From Albugo candida (lineage: Eukaryota): a DNA stretch of 20,000 bases. The notes beneath the pieces were generated by a model that did not search any database, was not told the origin of the DNA, and worked only from the letters and a program-made list of their open reading frames with translations. Below, piece after piece: positions 1 to 9,997 of the stretch; position 1 is the first letter of the stretch, and every line of letters starts with the position of its first letter. The stretch spans positions 247,933-267,932 of the forward strand of contig JBDOQK010000052.1 of NCBI GenBank assembly GCA_040437565.1, read 5' to 3'. Made by a program: the position numbers and the translations under genes.

Positions 1-1
1 C

Positions 2-1582
2 AATCATGATCTCTTTTTTAAATATTCCAAGTTGTTTAGGCGCAAAGCTCAAAATGATTGATTGAGACTGTAAGCTTTCGAGCCAAAGCGTCGATGGATG
101 GATAGAAAAATGGGGTGGTCTTACAAAACTGAGACGTGTTGCAAGTCTAGAATGATTTTTGATAGTCAAGATCATATCTCTGTGACCATGACATTCCACT
201 GTACCAAAATTGTAGCTAGACAACAACGGTGATACTTCCAAAATGGGTACAAATATCTCAGCGCTGACTTCCAAAGTTAAATCTTCTACCGATCCACGAC
301 TGGTACTGTCTCCAAACCGGAAAGATACAAAGGCATTCATGAATTTTCCACCACTAAGCTCCACAAGAAGATTTGTACGTCTTGTCACTGAATCAGGTTC
401 ACTCCCATTGTCCTGCTCAGCGCACTGACGCAATGCTCGTTGTACTGCGTGATTGTGTGCTTCAAAATCCAATACTCGAGACTGTAAGATAAAATGTATC
501 GGAATTTCGACAAAGGGATCAATGACTCCCCGAGATGGAGCAACTCTTATTTCCTTTCCTTTTTCAATAGGATTTATACCAGCGGTCGATGTCTTTCCCA
601 TTGTAGCTGATAAAAGCTTGCAGTTTCCACAGCCGTCTTCATCACCAAGTTGATCGGAACTTCGATTAGAGGTGATGCTCGTGTAAAATGATAGTGGCTT
701 CGGTCCATTATTTCGCAAAATGGCACTTACGCTTTGACCTTCTCCAGCAAAAATTGAGCCAAAACAGACCGCTTTAAGTGGTTCATTACATTTTAGCAAT
801 TTACCGTCTGGGTTAGCGTATAATAAATCAATAGTGTGCTCCATCACGACTGCTGCAAGATCAACGACCTTTTCAACAAAACTTGCTGATGGTATGTTTG
901 TCTGCCTCTCTTGAAAGCGTACACGTAGTAAGCGACGTAAAGGTCCCAACTCCCGACCGAAAATCTCTACCTTGACAGGTAGATGTTCAAATGGCCTGAG
1001 TATGCCACACCTAGGCGCAATAGTAATGACTTCTGAGTTTACGTCGAAGGAATTTGCGTCGGGTGAAACGAGGCTGACTTTGAAAGTAGTGTCATGATCA
1101 TTTAAATTCCGAATCTCCACTGCTCGAGAAGCTCGACTATTGAGAACAACTTTACCCAGATCGCACAACGAAGGTGTTATCTCCACGTTAAGCGAAAGAG
1201 AATTTGCTTTCAAGCAAACATTAACGCTCCTTCCATCCTCAATCTTGACTTGCAAGTTGTCCCAACTCGACGATGCAGTGTTGACTAGATTGTCAAGGGG
1301 ATGCTTGTTGCCTTCATCAAATTGTTCATTCACGACGAATGCGACATCATATTCTATGCATAGCCCTGGTGAAAGTGCGATTGTTGGATTACAAATTTTT
1401 CTCACATCGTCTCCTTTATATAGTAATGTGAATGATGATGCCAATGAAGGAGGTTTAATTTTAAATCGTACTGTCTTGTTACTGGTGTTTCGAACGACAA
1501 TTCTGGAAATGTAGCGAATGTTACAGCGCACATGATCGAACTCAATATTCAGCGGAGAGATACGAAGCGGAAAGTCGTCCAT
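2..1582 (-). CDS. CFAP47: Cilia- and flagella-associated protein 47-like (tandem ASH/Ig-like domains); 5' part only, continues past the left edge of the window
   Basis: Translated by hand; absent from the ORF track, presumably because no stop lies inside the window. ATG at 1582 with an in-frame TGA upstream at 1603-1601. Reads MDDFPLRISPLNIEFDHVRCNIRYISRIVVRNTSNKTVRFKIKPP...ALSPGLCIEYDVAF...VVDLAAVVMEHTIDLL...AVCFGSIFAGEGQSVSAILRNNGPKPLSF...SIILSFAPKQLGIFKKEIMI. The start and the left-edge segment are in the same frame (527 codons). The blocks match, in order, the CFAP47 N-terminus as I recall it (RIxPxxLxF, AHVVEQxIELL, FGxVFxG...NNSP, SFxPxQLG). Confidence 0.85.
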   Translation of the reverse strand, partial: MDDFPLRISPLNIEFDHVRCNIRYISRIVVRNTSNKTVRFKIKPPSLASSFTLLYKGDDVRKICNPTIALSPGLCIEYDVAFVVNEQFDEGNKHPLDNLVNTASSSWDNLQVKIEDGRSVNVCLKANSLSLNVEITPSLCDLGKVVLNSRASRAVEIRNLNDHDTTFKVSLVSPDANSFDVNSEVITIAPRCGILRPFEHLPVKVEIFGRELGPLRRLLRVRFQERQTNIPSASFVEKVVDLAAVVMEHTIDLLYANPDGKLLKCNEPLKAVCFGSIFAGEGQSVSAILRNNGPKPLSFYTSITSNRSSDQLGDEDGCGNCKLLSATMGKTSTAGINPIEKGKEIRVAPSRGVIDPFVEIPIHFILQSRVLDFEAHNHAVQRALRQCAEQDNGSEPDSVTRRTNLLVELSGGKFMNAFVSFRFGDSTSRGSVEDLTLEVSAEIFVPILEVSPLLSSYNFGTVECHGHRDMILTIKNHSRLATRLSFVRPPHFSIHPSTLWLESLQSQSIILSFAPKQLGIFKKEIMI

Positions 1583-2513
1583 AATACTTCTAAAATCATG
1601 TCAAGTAATAGCCTCTTTGTGTCTCTTCAAGATGATGCCTCTTTGCAGCTAAAACCGTGTGGCATCGTGATTGTTGACTAGCTTGTGAGGTCGTAAATAT
1701 ACGTCATTGAAAAAAAGCGGATCGATGCATTATAGGAAGCCATGTCCGGCGATTCTATTTTGTTCAAGTTGCAGAGGAGAGCTTCTGCAATCTTGCTTTC
1801 GGCCTTATGTATTCAGTCGCTTTGAGGATATGCTGCCGCTATTATTGGATTCGGCTGGCGATTCGTCTCCAAACGTGTTAAAATAATGTTGCTCGTGCAA
1901 AATGATGAGTTCGGTTTCCTCATTGTCTCGACAACTTCGTCAGAATGTGAAGCTATTCGGACCGTTTGCGGGTAGACAGCTCGGCATTTCTCTTTCTGAA
2001 TTAAACAAGATAATTTTATATAACAATAAGCTAATTTATTGACTGTGTCACAAAGATAATCGGACCACATGTACACAATGAGGTTCATATGCGCTTTCAC
2101 GTTAAATAATTAGGCGAAGTATTCAAATGCACAGTGTTGTAGTAGAGGGGTAACTTCTCCGTAGACCAAAACTGGCAAATATCGAGTGCAAGTGTCAATG
2201 GTTTCTGGCAATTACGACCTAGGATGAACGGCATACGACCCATCGTTCATAACCTTTCATAAAAATTGTTATTGCGTCTCTCTGTAGTGTACCTTGGAGA
2301 TGGTCAAAATCGCTAGTCGCTTCAATATTGACTCTATTTACTTCATGGTAGTCCGTAGCCGGGTATCAGCCAGAGGCTCATTTGAACGGATTTAGAATTC
2401 GCGTTGTTGATAGATGATGCAACACAAAGAATGACCCAACTACATTTGATCAAATTTATTTCACTCACGTGAGAAATCTTCTCTGTTATCAGCATTGCGC
2501 GTACAATGATTTC

Positions 2514-5500
2514 CTACTCGCTAGCCAAAATGCATGCAAAAGTTTTTTCCAAATCCGTGATGATTTCGGTAGTATGTTGGTCGGTCATGACGAGAACTTT
2601 CGCGTCGGTTGTATCCATCTGCACCCTAAGTAGAAGACGATCGTGTAGTTTTGATGGATTCGCTGCATGCTCGCCACGCCAGCAGCCTGCAAAACAAAGG
2701 GCGTGTTGCTCGTACAGCTTGCTAACTGTGAAGACATTGCAGCATTGCAAGACTGCGTCCTTTGCGACACTCATGATATCCGTGTCTCCTCTTTGATTTG
2801 GTAAGGGAAGAATAAATGTGTGAAATGCACTTTGGTCTGCCAATGAAATGTGCCGATCAAATTCTTTTTGGTCCATTTGAGTGGGAGATAACAGTTCCCC
2901 CACCATTGATTTTAGCTCTACGTCATATTGCTTGTCGCTGAACGATACTTGCAGCGGTATCCCCTCGAGTCGATTCATAAAATTTACATGTATCTGCGCA
3001 AGGAAAGGTGCTCCACCCGGAAATATGACTGGGATTTCGTCAAAAGTAATCACTCTGGGCTCGTCTTTGTCGTCTTGTTTACGTTCAATGATTTTGACCA
3101 TCGAAACTGCTGCGTCTGAATGGTTTTGGAGCCACAACTGGATCAGATTCATAAAGGAAGAGTACATAGACGGTTGCCGGAGGTAGGCATAAGTAATCTC
3201 TAACCCGGATCCGTCTATATTTGAGACAAGAACGTGCTTTGTCGGTATCACTTGGCATGGCGTAGTAGAGATTGACAGGTTCATCAAACCATTCCATAAT
3301 AAATTTGATTCATCAGCACTGGAGCGGTTTTCGAAATGAGCTGGGTCTGATCTCAAGCTGTTGAGGTTGCGTAATGGATCGAAAACATCCAACGGTTTTG
3401 AAGCTTGATGATCCGTATCGATTAATAGGTCTGGAAGAGGGGCTTTATTCGTATTTATCCATGTGTCATCAAACGCAATCGCCGTATGTGAGGACGAGCT
3501 GCGCTCTTTCAAGTCTTGAGATGCGCTTTCTTCCTGGTCGCTATTATCGGATGATTCTGAGGCTGAATCCGAGTCTGATACAATATCACTACTACGTTGA
3601 TGAGACCCAAAACTTCCTGATTCGTCGCTGGAATCAGAATATGAAGCCTCGTCTGCGACGTCTTCATTTTCTTGGGAAGAATATGATGAGCTGTCGTCAC
3701 TATAGAAACCACCAGAAACTCGTTTTGAGCTAGCTGTGTCAATATGGTGGGACTGTTTGAAGTCCAGCTGAGGCTTCAACTCTATTTTCTCGTCACGCAG
3801 TGATTTATCCGGTGTTTGTGTTCGCCAGTCTGGTAAGGGCCGATAGCCTGGAGCTTCATGTTTGACTAGACTTGCAAGAGTTCCAAATGTGTAATGGTTT
3901 GCGTCCTCTTTTAGACCTATGGTTGGAGCTGGTCTTTTGCCGGAGAACAATCCTTGCGCATTCATTCCTTCTTTGTCATCAGACAGTATTGCTCGCATCA
4001 GACGAGCCCGATCGCGTAAGTCGTAATCGCTATCGAATTTACACAGATCGAGCACATACTGCCCCAACAGCTGGATGTTCCGATCTTCCGGTTCCCGCAC
4101 GCCGAGTTTTACGGCAAAATTTAGGATTTGTAACCTCACTTCGGTGGTCTCTTCTGTAAATTGTTTGACCAGAAGTCGAAGCATTTCCACAGAGCAAATA
4201 TGACCGGAATTATCTCTACTCATGAATTCACCAAGCATCCATACGATTGATGCGCGTGCTGATGGAGCCGTGACCCGATTTGCTATCAGCATTGCGGCAA
4301 GAGATCGTACAACACGCATTGTATCCTCTGGGTTTTGTTTCTGCAATAAAAGTCGAATAACTATTACACTCTCCGCGACGACAATTTCTGCGGAGGATCG
4401 AACGAGTCGCATAAGACCATTCAAGCATCGCTCTGTTACACTCGGGATTACAACAGCAACACGACCCAAGGCTTTGATTGTCATTGTGACAAATTCTTTA
4501 TCGACATGGCGAACGTACGCCTGGAATTCACGAAGGATGACACTCACATTTTCTGGTGTCACCAATGAAGTCAGAATCTCTAATTTCAAGCGTCTTGTGT
4601 ACGATGCGTCAGTGGCTCGGACAAAGAAATCTTGTAGGAATGGTGCAAACATCTCCGATCGAGCCAAAGCCATGGACGAAATGACGGAAAGCACAACAAA
4701 CTGAATTTCTCTTTGATTCCGCATGATCCTAACGAGTGACTTCGCAATGAGTGTGATTGTTGCCACACTGTTCGTGCCACAATAATAATGTAGTGTGGCT
4801 ACCGCCAATACAGCGGCACTGTTCCGAGACTTGAGAAGTGGCATGGATGATCGGAGTAAAAGACGATGATCTTCATCCAAATCGTGATCAGTTGCACCAA
4901 AATCCAGATTGTTTCCTCGCGAAACTCGAGCATGTTCATCCCTTCTATGATCTTCTTGAGGGTCTTCGTCATCTGAATAAAACCCAGAACCGCTTCGTTC
5001 AGGGCGTTTCTTGTTCATCTTTCCAATGGGATATTTGGATGCGTTGAAGTGCTTAAATTGCTCGCGGCAGTATCGGGTCAGAACATTAATTGCAATAATC
5101 TGCCCCCATTCGTCGATGTCTGCAAGCAAATGGCAGATTTTGCGGAAAGGAGCATGAAGTAAGTCCAAACGATTAGGACAAACTTCATTCAGAGCTTGCA
5201 TTGCACTTCCAAGTACCATCGTTGAATGATCATTTAGTAACTGACCAATAATCTCTGCCAAAACATCACTTTGGTCTGGGTCCAATACAAAAACTTTACT
5301 TATCGCATTGGCAGCACACTTCCGTACATAAGGCGATACGTCGCTTGCGCATTTACGTATTGCAATGAGCTGAATTTGTAATATTTCACGCACACGGATG
5401 TTGGTCATGACCCGCAGCGCAAGTGCACGAATTAATTGATTTGGATCCGCCAGATCCTTTTGAAAGCTGTTGATAGAAAGCAGCGCAAGTTCGCGGCATT

Positions 5501-5774
5501 GCATATTAACATCCGCATAATGCACTAAGTACATGTAAACCAGCTTTTTGACTTCTACTGATGCAACAATAACATTTTTAACGACATCCGGGAAGAAGAT
5601 AGAGACATCTTCGCCTTTTGAAATCGACGCCAAAAGCGATTTCATTGCTTCTAGCTTCTCGCCGTGTCCAGATACTCCAAGTTTACTATCAAGAAGTTTC
5701 CTGATGCGATCCATATTCATCGCTTCTTCAAAAAAATGCGCGTCGCCAGATATTCCGCGCATTGCCAACGCCAT
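2514..5774 (-). CDS. AP3B: AP-3 adaptor complex subunit beta (beta-3 adaptin), single exon, ~1086 aa
   Basis: Long ORF with Adaptin_N motifs (FFPDVVKNV, EVKKLVYMYLVHYAD, LALLSINSFQKDLADPNQLIRALALRVM, DVSPYVRKCAANAI, DIDEWGQI, DYDLRDRAR). AP-3-specific traits: DEDHRLLLRSSMPLLKSRNSAAVLAVA, an acidic Ser-rich hinge, and a C-terminal ear beginning GSGLEITYAYLRQP. The ORF track starts at GTG 5783; the first in-frame ATG is 5774 (MALAMRG...), alternative 5762. Confidence 0.95.
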   Translation of the reverse strand: MALAMRGISGDAHFFEEAMNMDRIRKLLDSKLGVSGHGEKLEAMKSLLASISKGEDVSIFFPDVVKNVIVASVEVKKLVYMYLVHYADVNMQCRELALLSINSFQKDLADPNQLIRALALRVMTNIRVREILQIQLIAIRKCASDVSPYVRKCAANAISKVFVLDPDQSDVLAEIIGQLLNDHSTMVLGSAMQALNEVCPNRLDLLHAPFRKICHLLADIDEWGQIIAINVLTRYCREQFKHFNASKYPIGKMNKKRPERSGSGFYSDDEDPQEDHRRDEHARVSRGNNLDFGATDHDLDEDHRLLLRSSMPLLKSRNSAAVLAVATLHYYCGTNSVATITLIAKSLVRIMRNQREIQFVVLSVISSMALARSEMFAPFLQDFFVRATDASYTRRLKLEILTSLVTPENVSVILREFQAYVRHVDKEFVTMTIKALGRVAVVIPSVTERCLNGLMRLVRSSAEIVVAESVIVIRLLLQKQNPEDTMRVVRSLAAMLIANRVTAPSARASIVWMLGEFMSRDNSGHICSVEMLRLLVKQFTEETTEVRLQILNFAVKLGVREPEDRNIQLLGQYVLDLCKFDSDYDLRDRARLMRAILSDDKEGMNAQGLFSGKRPAPTIGLKEDANHYTFGTLASLVKHEAPGYRPLPDWRTQTPDKSLRDEKIELKPQLDFKQSHHIDTASSKRVSGGFYSDDSSSYSSQENEDVADEASYSDSSDESGSFGSHQRSSDIVSDSDSASESSDNSDQEESASQDLKERSSSSHTAIAFDDTWINTNKAPLPDLLIDTDHQASKPLDVFDPLRNLNSLRSDPAHFENRSSADESNLLWNGLMNLSISTTPCQVIPTKHVLVSNIDGSGLEITYAYLRQPSMYSSFMNLIQLWLQNHSDAAVSMVKIIERKQDDKDEPRVITFDEIPVIFPGGAPFLAQIHVNFMNRLEGIPLQVSFSDKQYDVELKSMVGELLSPTQMDQKEFDRHISLADQSAFHTFILPLPNQRGDTDIMSVAKDAVLQCCNVFTVSKLYEQHALCFAGCWRGEHAANPSKLHDRLLLRVQMDTTDAKVLVMTDQHTTEIITDLEKTFACILASE

Positions 5775-5929
5775 TGCATCCACAAATGAATTCTCTTTGG
5801 GTCTTCAAAACGAGCAGATACCGGTATAGAGATTTAGAATCAAGATGATTTTTCGATTTCGAGACCCTAGAAGGTGGTTTTTAGTAATGTCTCATGGTTT
5901 TCACCGAGGCTGCTTCCATAAATGAATTC
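5775..5929 (-). promoter_or_regulatory. Two copies of a 19-bp element containing an oomycete initiator-like core (TCATTT) upstream of AP3B
   Basis: Minus strand GAATTCATTTATGGAAGCA (5929-5911) and GAATTCATTTGTGGATGCA (5793-5775), 17/19 identical. TCATTY resembles the oomycete Inr consensus (YCATTYY). Function is inferred only. Confidence 0.3.
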
Positions 5930-7222
5930 AAGGCATACTTCAATCGATAAGGATTATTTTTTTCGCTTAGTTACTATTTCCACAACGATGCTAGTCTGGT
6001 ACCACATGAGCGAATGAATCAATTGTAAGGGACGATTGCGACTGATCTATACTCAAAGTTGTCGTGTCTGCCTGGCTTGTAAGCAGTAGATCGGACCGGT
6101 ACCTTCTCATACTACCTCCTTAGGTAGCAACCATGCACCATAACTGGGGTCGGAGAGCAGAATTTTGACATATGACAGGAGGATTCTTCATAAAAAATCA
6201 ATGGCTTTCTTTGCGAACTCGCTGTCATTACCACTGCGGGAGTTTCGAGATCAGATATCGACTTTGCAACCAGGTCAAAAAGCTATTGCATTATATTCAC
6301 TCGACTACTCGTCGACACGAATTTGTCTACATTCCATATCGTGACCCTTCTCGAGGTAAGCTAAGCGGAATTAGCACGATATAAAGCCGATATTGTATCG
6401 TGACTAGTGTATGAAAGTCGCTAAAGGGGCTCGCACCTTACATATGTAGATTAGTTGGTCTGCAATCACGCTAGTCTGTGGGGTCAAGACTTGAACGGCA
6501 TTAGTGCGATCTAAACCTGATTCGACCAAACTTTAGTCGAGATTAATTTTTGCGATCTGATAGCTTCTGCATCCAGAATAGAAGGAATCGTAGAAGGTAC
6601 AATGCAAGATGCATCGAAACGCAAGTAAGCCAGCACAAGCTGAAAATTCTCGTCCGGCTTGATTTGGGAAAGTGAATATTAGCGATATACGTGTCCGAAA
6701 GCTTGAAGCAAGATCTCTAATTTGTTCGACCTACAGGGTATTGGATCAATGATAGTGGCGTATTCCAACCGAACCTCAGCTCAAAAAAATTTGTTGCGAG
6801 GGGCTGCACGGCCTTGTTTGTGCTCTGTGCTGAATGATCAATCCGTTAACCTCTATTGAGCGCTGTAGATATGCAACGAGCTTTTTGTTTGATAATCATC
6901 TTAGACCTCAACTGAGCGATTCATAAACAGATTAGTGTAGGGGTATTTATTGATTGGAGTCATGATTTGCATCGCTATAGATATGTGGTATGGGTACATG
7001 CCAAAGTCGTGCATACTTGATTGTATTTAGCAATGCTTATCTTTTGCAGCTGTAGCCGCCTTCGTATAATAGTCTGAGTCCATCACTGGGATCTCAGATT
7101 TCCTAAACACTTCCGTCGAGGCGCCTGGCTTCTTAGAAAACAATCACCTGCATCGTTATTGCGCTTTTGTCCGATATGGAAAATGTCGCAAAAAATCAGT
7201 TCCTACAATTTGAGTGGCTACC

Positions 7223-7454
7223 TTAAACTCTAAAACTTGTTTCGCTCCAACAAGCTTCTTATCGTTGTAGAATACCCAATTACCTCAANNNNNNNNNNNN
7301 NNNNNNNNNNNNNNNNNNNNNNNNNNNNNNNNNNNNNNNNNNNNNNNNNNNNNNNNNNNNNNNNNNNNNNNNNNNNNNNNNNNNNNNNTTAAACTCTAAA
7401 ACTTGTTTCGCTCCAACAAGCTTCTTATCGTTGTAGAATACCCAATTACCTCAA
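7223..7454. other. 100-N assembly gap (7289-7388) flanked by an exact 66-bp duplication (7223-7288 = 7389-7454); probable unmerged contig overlap
   Basis: TTAAACTCTAAAAC...CCCAATTACCTCAA ends exactly at the gap start and recurs starting exactly at the gap end. Confidence 0.9.
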
Positions 7455-7612
7455 GCTGAGTATCTTATCAGTGAAAACCATCATTTTCGAAAAGTTGCGC
7501 TGATGGCCACTGCGAAAGTGCCAGCCGTCTATTGCACCATTATTCATTGAACGACAGTCTAAAACTCGAAGGTCAAGAGGATTAGTGCGAAATTCGGTGT
7601 ATGGAACTCACC

Positions 7613-7956
7613 ATGTCATGCTTTCAGCATAAATACCTCATGGGCGAAAATAGGAAAGCGCATAAGTCTAAAATGGACAAAAAGAGTGCAATAACTGATA
7701 TAATTATACATTTCCGCGCCATGTGCTCTTGTATNNNNNNNNNNNNNNNNNNNNNNNNNNNNNNNNNNNNNNNNNNNNNNNNNNNNNNNNNNNNNNNNNN
7801 NNNNNNNNNNNNNNNNNNNNNNNNNNNNNNNNNNATGTCATGCTTTCAGCATAAATACCTCATGGGCGAAAATAGGAAAGCGCATAAGTCTAAAATGGAC
7901 AAAAAGAGTGCAATAACTGATATAATTATACATTTCCGCGCCATGTGCTCTTGTAT
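7613..7956. other. 100-N assembly gap (7735-7834) flanked by an exact 122-bp duplication (7613-7734 = 7835-7956); probable unmerged contig overlap
   Basis: ATGTCATGCTTTCAGC...GTGCTCTTGTAT abuts both sides of the gap identically. Confidence 0.9.
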
Positions 7957-8158
7957 CCCAATTCTGTTTACAGCTCCTTCAAATTGACGAAGCTTCAAAT
8001 AATGGTTGAACATGTGATGTACGTCATCTACAGCACCATCATATATATAAGCGCCTTGAAGTCAAAGCATACGGTGATTATTGCAAATAAATTCCTGTTT
8101 GACACGCGAGACATTACATTGTATAACTAAAGCATACTTATCGCTCATGTATAAGGAA

Positions 8159-8238
8159 TAGCTGATGACGAAGACAAAAGGAGATCAAGTAAAATGGATG
8201 TCTTTAGTAGCTGATGACGAGGACAAAAGAAGATCAAG
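8159..8238. repeat. Imperfect 31-bp direct repeat, two copies, 49-bp period
   Basis: TAGCTGATGACGAAGACAAAAGGAGATCAAG (8159-8189) vs TAGCTGATGACGAGGACAAAAGAAGATCAAG (8208-8238), 2 mismatches. Confidence 0.85.
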
Positions 8239-9165
8239 GAGAATTGATGTCGCCAAGAAATCGCTTTGAGCTAGTGCCATAGAAAACTTACTTCGTGAAG
8301 CATTGTTGCCACTCGTCGAGCATATGAAGTAATTTCGATTACATGGATCCATAAATTTTGTGTGGAGGTAATGCATATTTTCTATTCATACTAGAGCCTA
8401 CTATCATCGACGGATAAATTCCTTGAAATCAGTGTTCAAAAAGTACCGAGTTGGATTCCCTGTCTTTCCAAAAATGTTTACAAGGCACCACAATGTCGAG
8501 CCATACTATCACGTGGCCGGAATGTGTCAATACCTAATTCAAAAAACTGGTCAGTTTGAGATCATAAATTACCACGGTTAAGTCAGCTACTACGTCCATA
8601 TGCTGCAATCATTTGTCACGAGTTTGTAAAAATAAGGTCAAGCGCAAGGGTACCGCTTGATAACTACTAGGTTCACTCACAGAACCACTAGGGCCGCCAA
8701 AAAAAGTAATATTGTGACATACTGAACTACCAGGGACACACACCGATTTGTACATAAGAGCAAATAGCCATATCATACATAAGACTTGGCATGAAAATGT
8801 ATCAAAATAAGAACAATTCAGCTCGCTGAAGACTGCCGGAAAATGCATAAACGTGGTACCGTTTTGAAGGGCTATGAGATTGCTACTGAGCGCTTACTAA
8901 ACTATGATGTGCAAATGCAATTGGGAAGGCGGAAAATGAAGATATCAGGGATTTCTTAGTAAGAAAATTGATGAGGAAGGCAGTTATATATTGGTCATTG
9001 ATTGTGCTTAAGACACTTCATATAAAAATTCAATGTATTTTTTGGGTGACCGGTGGGTTAAACTTACGTTTCTCATCGTCCTCCTTCATTCGACACTAGC
9101 TTCAGTAGTTTTTCAAGGCCAAGAACTGCGACATGACAAGAATCGCAGGTGATTGCAAAAAGGAA

Positions 9166-9265
9166 NNNNNNNNNNNNNNNNNNNNNNNNNNNNNNNNNNN
9201 NNNNNNNNNNNNNNNNNNNNNNNNNNNNNNNNNNNNNNNNNNNNNNNNNNNNNNNNNNNNNNNNN
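9166..9265. other. 100-N assembly gap
   Basis: Run of 100 N. No flanking duplication, but the right flank begins in a tandem repeat. Confidence 0.99.
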
Positions 9266-9329
9266 AGTTGTAAGAGTGAGTCGTAAAGTTAGTTGTAAGA
9301 GTGAGTTGTAAAAGTGAGCTGTAAAAAGA
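9266..9329. repeat. Minisatellite, ~13-bp unit (AGTTGTAAGAGTG), about five degenerating copies, truncated by the gap
   Basis: agttgtaagagtg / agtcgtaaagtt / agttgtaagagtg / agttgtaaaagtg / agctgtaaaaaga immediately after the N run. Confidence 0.8.
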
Positions 9330-9997
9330 ATTGTTGTTGTCCGCTGTGCACGGTAATAAATCTCTAAGACCAAGTACCGAAAACGCAAAAGAGTCTGCAT
9401 GCGGTCCAGCAGTACAAGAAACAATGGTACTCCTCGTCTTTAATCATTCACAGCGCAATGCTGAGCACACCCCTTTGTGAACATTGGATGCAAACAGAAG
9501 AGGTAATGACATCCGAACGCAGTCTTCAAAGTAGTTAAATATGAAAATGCTTATCTGAGTCTTGATAGCTCATATCAACGTGATAATGTCGGACATGGAG
9601 AAGAGAAGAAGTTCCAGTCAACCAGGCGTGTAAAATGAGCTATCTAATATCAGGGAAGATAACTGCCCAATGGCAGGAAACGTAGAAAAGCAGTCTTGCT
9701 CTTGGTATGAACTTTTCACAGAAGTAAAAATATCGTCTAGAGTATAGACTCAGACAGATAGATATTTGCTTTGATGAAATGTGAACGAGTTCGTGTTTCA
9801 ATTATGTTGGCTGCATGCATGTCCGGCTCGACTGTACAATACGAGTTCTTTTGGAGTTTGTTCATCGTCGACAGCAACTGATGCAGAATACGGTGTATTA
9901 TCAGTTTACCTGCACATCTTTTGTCAGTGCTCTTCGTCCATGGCAACGAGGTACATATTTAGTCTCTGTCTCACGACGAGAAAGCACGAATGGCATT

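Noticed and set aside
243..1514. Plus-strand ORFs 243..428, 453..653, 1140..1514
   Set aside because: Antisense shadows of the CFAP47 coding frame; no recognisable motifs.
1813..2100. 95-aa minus-strand ORF between AP3B and CFAP47
   Set aside because: GTG start, no recognisable domain, no convincing splice partners.
2224..2250. Small inverted repeat ATGAACG...CGTTCAT
   Set aside because: A 7-bp stem is expected by chance; no ncRNA or riboswitch consensus recognised.
2267..2281. 15-mer AGAGACGCAATAACA shared (inverted) with 19529-19543
   Set aside because: A single 15-bp match within 20 kb on both strands is roughly at chance expectation and does not extend.
3693..4985. GFYSDD peptide occurring twice in AP3B (4968-4985 and 3693-3710)
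   Set aside because: Similar FY-S/E-acidic motifs occur at both positions in animal AP3B as I recall; a family feature, not a novelty.
6440..6535. TAGTTGGT ... GATTCGA segment resembling tRNA A/B boxes
   Set aside because: Could not fold a cloverleaf; no acceptor or anticodon stems.
7601..7987. ORF with a duplicated peptide across Ns
   Set aside because: Product of the gap-flanking duplication artefact.
8159..8238. Possible CRISPR-like repeat-spacer unit
   Set aside because: Only two copies, an 18-bp spacer, eukaryotic context, no cas genes.
8609..8848. Cys-containing 79-aa ORF as candidate secreted effector
   Set aside because: No clear N-terminal signal peptide and no RxLR/CHxC motif.
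9113..9424. 103-aa minus-strand ORF
   Set aside because: Spans an N gap and the minisatellite; no homology evident.
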